Shown here piece by piece: positions 1-10,600 of a stretch of 64,000 nucleotides of DNA. A program made the position numbers and the translations under genes. The notes beneath the pieces were generated by a model that made no database searches, was not told where the DNA came from, and saw only the letters and a list, made by a program, of their open reading frames with translations. The DNA is from a virus. Location of the stretch: the IMG/VR virus record IMGVR_UViG_3300025093_000011, positions 32,001 to 96,000 of that record; one strand, given 5' to 3'. How positions within the stretch are numbered: the first letter of the stretch is position 1; every line of letters begins with the position of its first letter.

Positions 1-1
1 G

Positions 2-454
2 TTAAGAAAAATAATTAAAACTTTTAACAAAGGTATTTTTCAAAATGTAATTGATAACAGAAATGGAGTTCAATTACCTGAATCAATTGGCTGGTTGTTC
101 ATAGGTACATGTCAACCAAGTAAAAAGAAAAATATTGATTTTGCTAAATCTAGAAAGTATGGTGTAAAAGTTGCCAATAAGAACTGGGACAGTGATGGCA
201 AGCTTGCAAAAATATTCTTTACTAGCCGTGCATTAAAACATAAAATGAAGAACAGAGAGTTTTGGAGTTTTAGTGCATCAAGAGAATTTAAAAGATCAGT
301 TGCTAAATCATATCCTGAAAATTGGAATATGTATGTAGAGGTTGATCCTAGACAGCAATTGAAAGCTGCATATAAAAGCAAGGAGTCTGGAATACAACTT
401 AATAAGAAGTATGAAAAGGAAGCCTTAAAAAACTATAATGAATTTGACTTATGA
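2..454 (+). CDS. HU/IHF-like DNA-binding protein, 5' partial (open from the window edge)
   Basis: Frame is open from position 2 (LRKIIKTFNKGIFQNVIDNRNGVQLPESIGWLFIGT...). The helix followed by 'V.LP..G.LFI' resembles the HU/IHF fold. Basic protein, and an IHF-like gene next to tail genes is typical of crAss-like phages. Confidence 0.55.
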   Translation, partial: LRKIIKTFNKGIFQNVIDNRNGVQLPESIGWLFIGTCQPSKKKNIDFAKSRKYGVKVANKNWDSDGKLAKIFFTSRALKHKMKNREFWSFSASREFKRSVAKSYPENWNMYVEVDPRQQLKAAYKSKESGIQLNKKYEKEALKNYNEFDL

Positions 455-1113
455 CTACAGTAGGGGAATCAATATCTAGAGTAAGAAATACATTAAAAGC
501 TGTTAAAGAGGATCCCTTTTTAACTGATAGAACTATATACTCATCAATAATAAAGTACGGTCAATCTCTTATGAAGAGAGAAGATAATCAACTTAGATTG
601 ATGAAAATTAGTAATATATTCAAAGCAATGCCTTATGTTGAACTTATAGAAGTTGATAAAGTTGATGCTGGATGCTATGGAGTTTATTCAGGTTGTTACT
701 TTAAAAGAACAAAAGAAAAACTTCCTGAACTTCTTACAGGTATACAAGGACCTATTATACGTACAGTGTCTTCAGTAGATGGTTCTATAGAATTATTTAG
801 AACTGATCCGGGAACATTTTCTTCAATGACAAAGAGTACAACTTTTAAATATAATAAGAAGCAGTACTTCTGGTTTTTAGATGGCTATTTATACTTTCCT
901 AATCTAGCATGGGATGCAGTTAAGATTGAAGCAATATTTGAAAATGATGTAGAAACATGTGATTCAGATAAATGTCTTATAAAACAAGAACAAGCATTAA
1001 ATATTCCTGATTATTTATTTTCAGAAATAGAACAGTATGTAGTAAAAGAATTAACTATGTCTATACAAGTTCCTACAGATGGAGCTGATGATAGCCAAAA
1101 TACCCTTAGATAA
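451..1113 (+). CDS. Tail ring / tubular-type virion protein
   Basis: 220 aa with an ATGA overlap to the previous gene. N-terminal 'MTTVGESISRVR', beta-rich middle (YFWFLDGYLYFPN) and C-terminal 'IPDYL..IEQYVVKEL' helix. Lies upstream of the stabilisation protein. Confidence 0.6.
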   Translation: MTTVGESISRVRNTLKAVKEDPFLTDRTIYSSIIKYGQSLMKREDNQLRLMKISNIFKAMPYVELIEVDKVDAGCYGVYSGCYFKRTKEKLPELLTGIQGPIIRTVSSVDGSIELFRTDPGTFSSMTKSTTFKYNKKQYFWFLDGYLYFPNLAWDAVKIEAIFENDVETCDSDKCLIKQEQALNIPDYLFSEIEQYVVKELTMSIQVPTDGADDSQNTLR

Positions 1114-2189
1114 TGGATTTTAATTATACATTAAGATATAGAACCTTTGATCAACTTCTAGAAGATGTAACAATTGATTTAAACACATTTGCTCTAGAAA
1201 ATATGATAGAGCCTCAGCAGCTAATTAAGCTTGCTAAAAAAATAAACTATGACTTAGGATTAAGAATTAATCAACAGAAGGAAGTTATTCTTGATGTTTG
1301 TCATGGTAAAGTAAAACTACCTGATGATTTTTATACATTTAACTTTGCATACATATGTGGAGATTTTAAAACTTCAGTTGGTTATGATGGATATGCTAGT
1401 GGCACTAACATTCAAGAAGTACCTTATAATGAAGTTCCTGGAAATGTAGATCAATGTGCACCTGCTACAGTTAATTGTAATACTTGTAATGCAGATCCTT
1501 GTAATAAAACTGCAGCATGTACTTCTGCTGTAAGCAGTCCAGCATCAACACCTTGTTGTGATGATAAAGGTAATCAAGGTACATGTTTAGTACCTAATCC
1601 TCAACAACCTTATGGAGATACTTGCATTAAACCAAGAGTTTTTCTTAATTGTAAAAATGAAGCTTATGAATTAATACAAGTAATTAATCCTTCAGAAACT
1701 AGAGTTTTTACAGAACTTTTACCATTAAGAATGAAACCTAGTCAAAATATTGATTGTGGTTGTCCAAATCTTTATTATAATACTATAAATGAAGGTTGGA
1801 TTAAACATGGCTTTTTACACACTTCTTTTAAAGATGGTAAAGTGTATTTAAATTATCAAGGTCAACTTGAAGATGATGATGGAAACTTGTTAGTTCCAGA
1901 TCATGACTTAATTAATGAATATTATGAGTATGCATTAAAATCTAGAATACTTGAGAATCTTTATTTGAATGGAGAAGATGTTGCACAAAGAATGCAACTA
2001 ATAGAACAAAGATTAAAAGCTGCTAGAAACAATGCACTTAGTGTAGTTAATACACCAAATTTTGCAGAAATAAAACAAATATGGGCAGCTAATAGAAAAG
2101 CAATGTATTGGAAATATTATGATATGTTTAAATCTCATTCTCCAACAAGTGGATTTTATGCTGCTCAAAACAGAAGTAGAGTTGTATAG
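1113..2189 (+). CDS. Tail ring / tubular-type virion protein with Cys-rich insertion
   Basis: 358 aa with a TAATG overlap. 'GKVKLPDDF', 'GKVYLNYQG...DDDGNLLVPDH' and 'YYEYALK' resemble crAss-like ring proteins. Confidence 0.6.
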   Translation: MDFNYTLRYRTFDQLLEDVTIDLNTFALENMIEPQQLIKLAKKINYDLGLRINQQKEVILDVCHGKVKLPDDFYTFNFAYICGDFKTSVGYDGYASGTNIQEVPYNEVPGNVDQCAPATVNCNTCNADPCNKTAACTSAVSSPASTPCCDDKGNQGTCLVPNPQQPYGDTCIKPRVFLNCKNEAYELIQVINPSETRVFTELLPLRMKPSQNIDCGCPNLYYNTINEGWIKHGFLHTSFKDGKVYLNYQGQLEDDDGNLLVPDHDLINEYYEYALKSRILENLYLNGEDVAQRMQLIEQRLKAARNNALSVVNTPNFAEIKQIWAANRKAMYWKYYDMFKSHSPTSGFYAAQNRSRVV

Positions 2190-2191
2190 TT

Positions 2192-5100
2192 ATGGCAAAG
2201 AAAAAACAAGGTCCCAATACACCTATAAATTTGGGAGATTCAAATTTAGATGCTTCTAGAACTTTTATAAAAGGTTTAAGTAAAGATACAGATCCTTCAT
2301 TTATAGAAGAGGGAATGTGGACCTATGCTAGAAATGCTGTAAATAATACTAAAGAAGGTGACATAGGTACATTATCTAATGAAGAATCAAATGCTCAATG
2401 TATAACTATTGGTCAAGATATTGGTAGACCTGTTAATCCTGTAATAGTAGGGGCCATTTCTTTATTTGAAAGTAAATGGGTTTTATACACTGCTATCTAT
2501 GATGCACAAGGAGATAACGTAATTACATCTGAGATAGGTTTATTTGAAGAAGACTTTTGTAAATACAGACCGATTGTAAGAGACAAGTGTTTAAACTTTA
2601 GTAAGTTCAATCTTGTAACAGGAGGTTCAAGAGAAAAAGGTGATTGTACATGGCAAGTCTACTGGGCTGATAACTTAAATCCTGATAGATATTTAAATAT
2701 AGGTGATCCTAAGTTATGGCCTGCAGATGACTATTCATGGTTAGGAGGATTAGATGGAAGCAGCACTATTAACTATTATTCTAATGGAGTTAATACACAG
2801 TTTTTATGGCCTGGTGTAGAGTGGCAAAAAGGTCCTAATTCTCAAACTCCAGAACCTTGTTTAGACTTTCCTAATTTAAATAAGCTTAACTGTGATGAAA
2901 TAAGATTAGCAAGCTTAGTTAGAACTCCGTGTGTAGATGTTTCTGTAAGTGATCAACCTGGTCAATTAGATAATGGTTCATATACATTTGCAGTTGCTTA
3001 TACTATAAATAATCAAAAAGCAAGTAGTTACTTTTCATTAACATATGTTCAACCTATATGGAATGAAGTTAATGGAAAAGGTGCTGTAGAAGTAACTATT
3101 GAAAACTTAGATTCAGATCATTTTGATCAATATGTTTTAGCATGTGCTTATGTAGTCAATGGTTCTGCTGTATATAAACAAATTGGTTTCTATTCTATAA
3201 GTACAGAAAAGGTTATATTAGATCAGATAAATGATAGTTTAGTAAACATATCTCCTTCACAATTATTTATACCAGATTATGTTATAGAAAAGTCTGAACA
3301 GATTGTAGAAGCAAATAGATACTTACTAAGAATAGGACCTAGCTTAAGATTTGATTTTAACTATCAACCATTAGCAAACATGATTAATACAGAATGGGTT
3401 TCTGTAGAATATCCTGAAACTTATTATAGAGATGGTGGAAAGAATGCAGGGTACTTAAGAGATGAAGTATATACATTTTTTATAAGATGGATTTATGATA
3501 CAGGAGATAAATCATCTTCTTATCATATACCAGGAAGAGCTCCTTCAACATATGTAGTAAATGGAGTTTCATATCCTGAAGATGGTTCTTACTCAGATAT
3601 TAACACCTTTCCGGGAGAAGATAAATTATTTGAAACTATAAATACTGCTACAGTAACTCCTCAACTTCCTCCTATGGATAATGGAGATGGTGGTAAAGTA
3701 GTAGCATATGGTAAAATGGGATACTGGGAATCAACAGAAATATATCCTGATAATAAACCTGAAATATGGAATTCTAGTTATCACTGCTGGACTAAAAATA
3801 ATGATCCTAACAATGATTTATGTGGTAAACCTATAAGACATCATAAGTTTCCAGATAACAGCTTACATCAAAAAGCTAATCATTTTAATGAAGATTCGGG
3901 ATTATATACTATAAGATTAATGGGTGTAAGATTTAAAAACATAATCTTACCAAAAGACAATGATGGAAATGATATACCTGGTATTGTAGGTTATGAGATA
4001 TTAAGAGGTTCTAGACAAGGTAATAGAAGTGTAGTTGCTAAAGGTATGGTAAATAACTTTAGAGATTATACATTACAAGGAACTAGTGGAGGTAATGATG
4101 CTAAAGTAGGACTTTATGCAAACTATCCTTATAACTCTATTAGACCTGCACTAAATAGTGGTAGCATGGGTGATCATAACTTTGGTTTTAATGATCCTTA
4201 TATATTAAGCAGATCTGGTGAACAACCATTGTTTGCAGGAGATGCTGATCCAAGTCATATAAATCAGACTGTTCCAAGAGATATGCTAAGTTTTCTTTCA
4301 CCTGATACATCTTTTCAGACTCCTTATCTAGGAATGCCTGAATTTAAAGTGTATGGTTACTTAACAGGTGAGGCTGAACAAAGTTTTGTAGAACCTAATG
4401 GACATCCTGAGTTTAAATTATTTAGTGATTCAATTGTTGTTATTGCTTTATTAGGTGGTTTAGTAAATGCTTTATTTCAAGCTGTAGGTACTATACATGT
4501 AAATTATCCAGCAGGATACTTTGAACCTGAGTATGTTGCTACTGGTAAAACTGCTTATCAATGGAATGTAGCAGGTGGACCACCTCTTGCAGGAGGTACA
4601 ACAGATAACATTCCGGGAGCTAAGTTAGAAGGAGAGTTCACTAATGAAACTCAAAGTCAAAATTTAAAAAATACAAGTACTGAGTTTTCTCCTAATGAAC
4701 CAGATGATATAGAAACAAATGTAAGTAAATGGAATGCATTTAATCAGATATTTTTTCCAGGTACTTCAGGTTTATATGGACATAGTGACTTCAATAAAAG
4801 ATTAGTAGATATTTCTCAAAGAACTAGAGATAAAGGTAAATTTTTAGTTAACCCAAATTATGAAAGAAAGTTTACTGCTCCTGATATGTTACCATCATAT
4901 TTACAATTTATGTATTCAACGGCTGGTGCTGCTGCTGGAGTAAATCAATTATTATTTGATTTTTTAGATGGAGCTCAAACTACTACAGACTTATTAACTT
5001 CTATTATAAGAAGTAGACAATACGCATTGGAATTAATTGGACATGGTAACTATAGTGACTTTGTATCACTTCCTTCAAACCAGACTGTAATATCTTCAAG

Positions 5101-7678
5101 ATTTAATATTGAGGATGCAATATATGTTTGGGATGATGTTCAGCAATTTCCTGAATATACGGACTCTTTTGGTAACTCTAGAACTTATATAATAAATAAT
5201 AAGCAAAGACCTAGAATGCCAGTGATGAGAGTTACAACAGCTAATGGTACTCAAGATGGTCCTTATTATATAATGGATCCTAGTACAGGTAATTTTTATG
5301 ATCAATCATTAATGACTTTAGATTATGCTTCTGAAACTTTTAGTGATGTAAATCATAACCCTGAAGGTAAATTAAAAGGATTCAATACTAAAATAGCAAG
5401 TTGGTATGGAGCATTAAAATATAACATTAGAAATCAATACGGTCAGTTAAATACTATTAGACAAATTCTTGCAACTCCTTGTGAGCAGATTATTGATTTT
5501 AATAATATAGGTGAAAATAATTATGGTAACAGTGTTCCTAACTGTACTACACCTTTAGTACATAAAGTTATTACAGAAACATCTACATTCTTTGGTGGTG
5601 ATACATATATTAATAGATTCACTGATAAAAACATAATGCCTTTCTTTGAAAACTGGCTTTACAACCAAGGAAAAGATTCAATATTTAATTACTTTCTAGT
5701 TCCAAGTGTTCCATTTCCAAAGTTCTGGGCTAATAGTGAACCGTGGGATTTTTCAGAATTTAATATAAATAATGTTGCAGATGTTATACTAGGAAACAAT
5801 CAAGGATCAGGTTTATTTCCTACAAGTTATTATAATTTAGACAATAAAAATTATAAAGCTGAAAGCAATAAAACTCCTGCAATTCCTGGGTATCCAGGAG
5901 TTCTATTCCCTAAGAATTCTTACTTCTATTTAGCAGCATGTGGTATTAGAGATTTCTTTGTAGAAAGTGATGTACTAGTTGACTTTAGAACAAGAGGAAA
6001 CTTACCAAGAGAATGGCATTATGATAAGTACAGATATACAAATCTTAAAGACTTATTTGATATTAATCCAGAGGTTTTAATTAAAGGTAACTTTTATGGA
6101 TATGATTATTCTTTATCTGTTTATAACTTTTTTATTAGTCAAATACTTAGTTTAGGTAATCTGCAAGATATCAGTTATGATCCTACTGTGGCACAACTTT
6201 GTTTTACACATTTCCCAAATGTAGTTCATTATTCTTTACCTGAAACACAAGAAAATCTTGTTGAGTCTTGGAGAACATTTTTATTATTAAATAAAGTTAC
6301 TTTTAAGAATAATATAAATTCAATAAAAAGCTTTGGTAAAACAGGTATGTTTGTAACTTTTGAAGATGCAAGTCCTTTAATATACCAAGGTGTTGATGAG
6401 AGAGAAACTTATTTAGGTGTTAGTGCAACTGTAGGTGATGGATTATTATTCTCAGCTACTCCTGTTAATGTAACTGCAGCAGATAAGAAGTATGAGTACG
6501 GTTCATCTCAAGATAGACTTGCTGTACTTTCTTCACCTGCAGGCTTATACTATATGAGTCAACAACAAGGAAAAATCTTTTCTTATTCTCAAGGTTTAAA
6601 GGAGATATCTAATATTAATATGAAATGGTGGTTTAATGAATTCTTACCATACAAACTTATAGAAGACTTTCCAAACTTTGAGCATGTAGATAATCCTGTA
6701 GCAGGTATAGGTTGTTCAATAGGTTATAACAATAATGATACAATGTTATACTTCTCTAAGAAAGATTATATGCTTAAACCTGAATATAAAGGTAAAGTAA
6801 CTTATGTTTCTGGAGATACATTTCATTACACTATTATGACAGATAGTGGTAAAGAAAGTATTACAAAAATAAAATTAGGAGATGAAAGAGTTTTTGAAGA
6901 TGCTTCTTGGACATTAAGTTATGACCCAAAAAATGGAAAATGGATTTCATTCCATGACTGGCATCCTAATTTATATTTATCAGGAAGAAACAAACATTAT
7001 ACAACTAAACTAGGAAAAGTATGGGAGCATAATGCTGGTTGTAATGATTACTGTAACTTCTACGGAAAACAATTTCCTTTTGAAGTAGGTATTCCATTTA
7101 CCACAGGACAAATAGTTACTACATTCAGAAGTGTTCAATATTTACTAGAGTGTTATAAAAGAGATGCAGAATTCTGTGTTGATCAATATCATGTTTTAGA
7201 TTACAACTTTGATCAAGCAGTTGTATACAACTCTGAACAAGTTTCAGGATATCTTAATCTTAACATGTTCCCTAAGAATAATATTACTTTAGCACAAGAG
7301 TATCCAAAGATAAATACATCTTCTATAGATATATTAGTATCAAAGGTGGAGCAAAAGTACAGATTTAATGAGTTCTGGGATATTACTAAAGATAGAGGAG
7401 AGTTTCCACAAGGAGCAGGTTCTCCTGCAACAGGACCTTTAGTACCTAACACTACAACTTTACTTGGTAATTATACTCAAGAGCAGATATGGAAAACTCA
7501 AGCAAATGGTTATATCCAAACTTTAAATCCTGCTAACTTAAATTATAATAAACCTCAAATGCAAAGAAAGAAGTTTAGACACTATACTAATTTCTTAAAA
7601 CTATCTAAACTTAATCCTCAAGATACCAACATGGTATTTAAGATTACTAAAAGCTTAGAACAAAACTCACCAAGATAA
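2192..7678 (+). CDS. Tail stabilisation (muzzle-like, P22 gp10-like) protein
   Basis: 1828 aa, beta-rich. 'FIKGLSKDTDP...YARNAVN', 'YLRDEVYTFFIRW', 'FFGGDTYINRF' and 'WTLSYDP...WISFHDWHP' resemble crAss-like stabilisation proteins; synteny with the ring genes. Confidence 0.7.
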   Translation: MAKKKQGPNTPINLGDSNLDASRTFIKGLSKDTDPSFIEEGMWTYARNAVNNTKEGDIGTLSNEESNAQCITIGQDIGRPVNPVIVGAISLFESKWVLYTAIYDAQGDNVITSEIGLFEEDFCKYRPIVRDKCLNFSKFNLVTGGSREKGDCTWQVYWADNLNPDRYLNIGDPKLWPADDYSWLGGLDGSSTINYYSNGVNTQFLWPGVEWQKGPNSQTPEPCLDFPNLNKLNCDEIRLASLVRTPCVDVSVSDQPGQLDNGSYTFAVAYTINNQKASSYFSLTYVQPIWNEVNGKGAVEVTIENLDSDHFDQYVLACAYVVNGSAVYKQIGFYSISTEKVILDQINDSLVNISPSQLFIPDYVIEKSEQIVEANRYLLRIGPSLRFDFNYQPLANMINTEWVSVEYPETYYRDGGKNAGYLRDEVYTFFIRWIYDTGDKSSSYHIPGRAPSTYVVNGVSYPEDGSYSDINTFPGEDKLFETINTATVTPQLPPMDNGDGGKVVAYGKMGYWESTEIYPDNKPEIWNSSYHCWTKNNDPNNDLCGKPIRHHKFPDNSLHQKANHFNEDSGLYTIRLMGVRFKNIILPKDNDGNDIPGIVGYEILRGSRQGNRSVVAKGMVNNFRDYTLQGTSGGNDAKVGLYANYPYNSIRPALNSGSMGDHNFGFNDPYILSRSGEQPLFAGDADPSHINQTVPRDMLSFLSPDTSFQTPYLGMPEFKVYGYLTGEAEQSFVEPNGHPEFKLFSDSIVVIALLGGLVNALFQAVGTIHVNYPAGYFEPEYVATGKTAYQWNVAGGPPLAGGTTDNIPGAKLEGEFTNETQSQNLKNTSTEFSPNEPDDIETNVSKWNAFNQIFFPGTSGLYGHSDFNKRLVDISQRTRDKGKFLVNPNYERKFTAPDMLPSYLQFMYSTAGAAAGVNQLLFDFLDGAQTTTDLLTSIIRSRQYALELIGHGNYSDFVSLPSNQTVISSRFNIEDAIYVWDDVQQFPEYTDSFGNSRTYIINNKQRPRMPVMRVTTANGTQDGPYYIMDPSTGNFYDQSLMTLDYASETFSDVNHNPEGKLKGFNTKIASWYGALKYNIRNQYGQLNTIRQILATPCEQIIDFNNIGENNYGNSVPNCTTPLVHKVITETSTFFGGDTYINRFTDKNIMPFFENWLYNQGKDSIFNYFLVPSVPFPKFWANSEPWDFSEFNINNVADVILGNNQGSGLFPTSYYNLDNKNYKAESNKTPAIPGYPGVLFPKNSYFYLAACGIRDFFVESDVLVDFRTRGNLPREWHYDKYRYTNLKDLFDINPEVLIKGNFYGYDYSLSVYNFFISQILSLGNLQDISYDPTVAQLCFTHFPNVVHYSLPETQENLVESWRTFLLLNKVTFKNNINSIKSFGKTGMFVTFEDASPLIYQGVDERETYLGVSATVGDGLLFSATPVNVTAADKKYEYGSSQDRLAVLSSPAGLYYMSQQQGKIFSYSQGLKEISNINMKWWFNEFLPYKLIEDFPNFEHVDNPVAGIGCSIGYNNNDTMLYFSKKDYMLKPEYKGKVTYVSGDTFHYTIMTDSGKESITKIKLGDERVFEDASWTLSYDPKNGKWISFHDWHPNLYLSGRNKHYTTKLGKVWEHNAGCNDYCNFYGKQFPFEVGIPFTTGQIVTTFRSVQYLLECYKRDAEFCVDQYHVLDYNFDQAVVYNSEQVSGYLNLNMFPKNNITLAQEYPKINTSSIDILVSKVEQKYRFNEFWDITKDRGEFPQGAGSPATGPLVPNTTTLLGNYTQEQIWKTQANGYIQTLNPANLNYNKPQMQRKKFRHYTNFLKLSKLNPQDTNMVFKITKSLEQNSPR

Positions 7679-10600
7679 TGAAGTTTAAACAGAGTAAATA
7701 CGGACAGTGGGCTTATCCAGGAGAAAATACATTAATTCCAAATGTAGATGGAAAGATAACTATGCAAGGTGTAGGAGGTCCTGTATTAGGTATTGATGAT
7801 GAAGGCAATAGTATGATGATGATGCCTGGTCATGATTATCAATTTCCGGGAAACTCTGTTTATGAAATACCAATGTATGGTAATGGTGGCCCTAAAGTAA
7901 AACAAAGAAGAGGAGTTAGAAAAAACTATGATAATAAAACATGGACTCCTTCAGGTCTTCAGTTTCCTACAAGTGTATCTTCTCATTTAATGAGAGCTGA
8001 ATATATTCCAGAAAGAGGGTGGGTAGCATTTCCTTCTTTATTTCAAGATTCTAAACCTTATGCAGATGATCAGCAAAATTGGATAGATATGTCTGAAGAA
8101 GAAGATTTGATGAAAGTTTATGAAGAGGCAGAAAGAAGAGGTGAGGTATATGACTTTGGAGAAGACAAGGAAGCTGCTTTAGCATTTGGAGAAGGTTCTT
8201 GGAAAGATCAATTACCAGATGAAGTTATAGAGGTTGAATTAACAGATAAAGAAGCTGACAAATACAGAGCAGGTGGATATATACTAGAAGAGATAGATGA
8301 GGGTGGAGAACCAGGACCAGGAGGACCTATATATGTTAAAGATAAAAATGATCCTAGATATCAAGAGTATTTAAAAAGAAAAGAACTATATGAAAAGTCT
8401 AAAGAAGCTTTTTATAGAGACCAAAAAGACTATGAAAAAAAGTGGGCTACTGAACATCCTACTACGGGGAAAATTAGTAAAGTTTATTTTAGTACTAATC
8501 CTAAAAATGTAAAAGATGATTGGAGTAAACCTACTCGTACTAAATATGATGAGGCTATTAAAAATAGATATTTTTTAGCATACGGTGACTCACCATCTAA
8601 TAACCCAGGCAATTTGAATAAATGGGATATAAGTAAAAATACATTAAATAGTGATGCATCAATTTTAGATTCCTCTGATACAAAAGTTGAGTTAGATGGA
8701 AGAATGAAAAATATATATAAGTTAGCAAAGAACTATGGTATTAAACCTGATTTTCATCAAACTGAAAATGTTGGATCAATCAATGTAACAAGTAATGTAT
8801 TTTTTAAAAAACCGGAGTTTGAAGTTATTGTTGATCCAAGTAAAGTGCCTGCTGAAGAAGAACTTACATTTGAAGATATGACTATTCCACAAATGGAAAC
8901 TTTAGATCCTCAAGTGATTCCTACAAATCTACAAAATTTTGTTTATGGACCTATAGACGATAATTGGCCAGAAGAAGAAGGATATACCCGTAGAGAACTC
9001 AGACAACAAGAAAGAGAAGGTAAACAAGATGATATACAACAAAATATTAAAACTAATAGAGTCTACAATCTTTTCGGTAAAAAGAAAAAAAATAGAGATA
9101 GAAAATCATACAGAAGAAAGTGGTTTGAAGAAGGTGGATATATATTAGAAGAGTTACACGAAGGAGGTGTTCCACATCAACATCCTCACAGTACAGATCC
9201 AACACCTTCAAGAACACCTAGAGTTTATACTTATAAAGATCATAAAGACATTATAGATAGTACTGCTAATTGGGAAACTAGATCAGATGTTCCAATTAGT
9301 TCAGATTATAATGCTCAAATACAAGATAGACTTTATTCAGGAAACTATGGATTTGATTCTAAAACTGGTCAGCTTATTAAGCTTGATAAAAGAGGTAGAA
9401 CTAAAGTAAAAGATCCTTATGTAAAAGAAGTTAAAAAAGATTTAAAAGTCATGCAAGACATGACACAGGATGAGAAGTTAAATTATCAACAAGGTAAAAG
9501 AGATGATAAAGACTGGGAGTTACATAAAAAATATATAGAAGGTAAAGTACCTCATACTATATCTACTGTAGATGCTTGGAGACCTCACTTTCAATTAACA
9601 GATAAGTACGGAAATACTTTTGATGCATATGATAGACCTGGTCAAGAAGTATTCATGACTCCAGCTCAAAAGGATGCATATATAAAAGCATCAGTTGCTC
9701 ATAATGCACCTATATGGAAAGAGCAAGCAAATAATGTATTTGGAGCTGCAACAGCATTTACACCTTGGGGTGCAGGAGTATGGGGAATGTATGGTCTTGC
9801 AAACTTGGGCTTAAAATCAGCACCTGAGCTTGTAAGTGATCCGGGGTCACTTGAAAACTGGAAAAATGTAGGTTTAGATCTTGTAACTGCATCTCCTTTT
9901 GTTCCTGGATCAGTTAGAGCTATTAAAAGATCAGCACCTGCTATAAAATCTAATACAAGAAAATTAGTTACAGCTATAGATGATGCTATACCTACTCCAG
10001 CTCCAGGAAGTCAAACATTTGCTTCTGGAATTATACCAGACGTTAAAAGAAATTTAAAAGTTTTAAAAAGTAAATTAAAATCAAAACCAAAATCATCTAA
10101 ACCAGATGTTAAAGAAAAATTAAAGAAAGGAACAACTCAAGAAGAATTTGATGCATTTGAAAAATCATTAAAACCAGGAGAATATCTTGATGAATATAGA
10201 GTAAAATTTGACAATCCGGCAGAAAGTCCTATAGGATGGTCTCCTGGTATGGTTCCAGGAGCAACTACACCAAGAAAACTGCTGAGGGAGGTAAGAAATT
10301 TTTCAATGGGAAACTTTCCTCTAGTAAATAGATTACCTATAGTAAGAAGAATGTCAGGGTCACCTTCAGTAGTTCATCCTGATGTTTTAAAGTATACACC
10401 ATATAAAAGTATGTATAATGCTCCTATTCCTGTAGGACCTCAAGGTTTTGATACATTTAATAGATTTAAGGATTTATCATCAAAACTTAAATATCCAGTA
10501 GGTCCTATAACTCAAAAAGAAGTAATTGCTTTAAATACAAAGCTTGATGATATAATGGGTTCGCAAACAATTAGTAGTAGAGGTGTTAAACCTAACAAAA

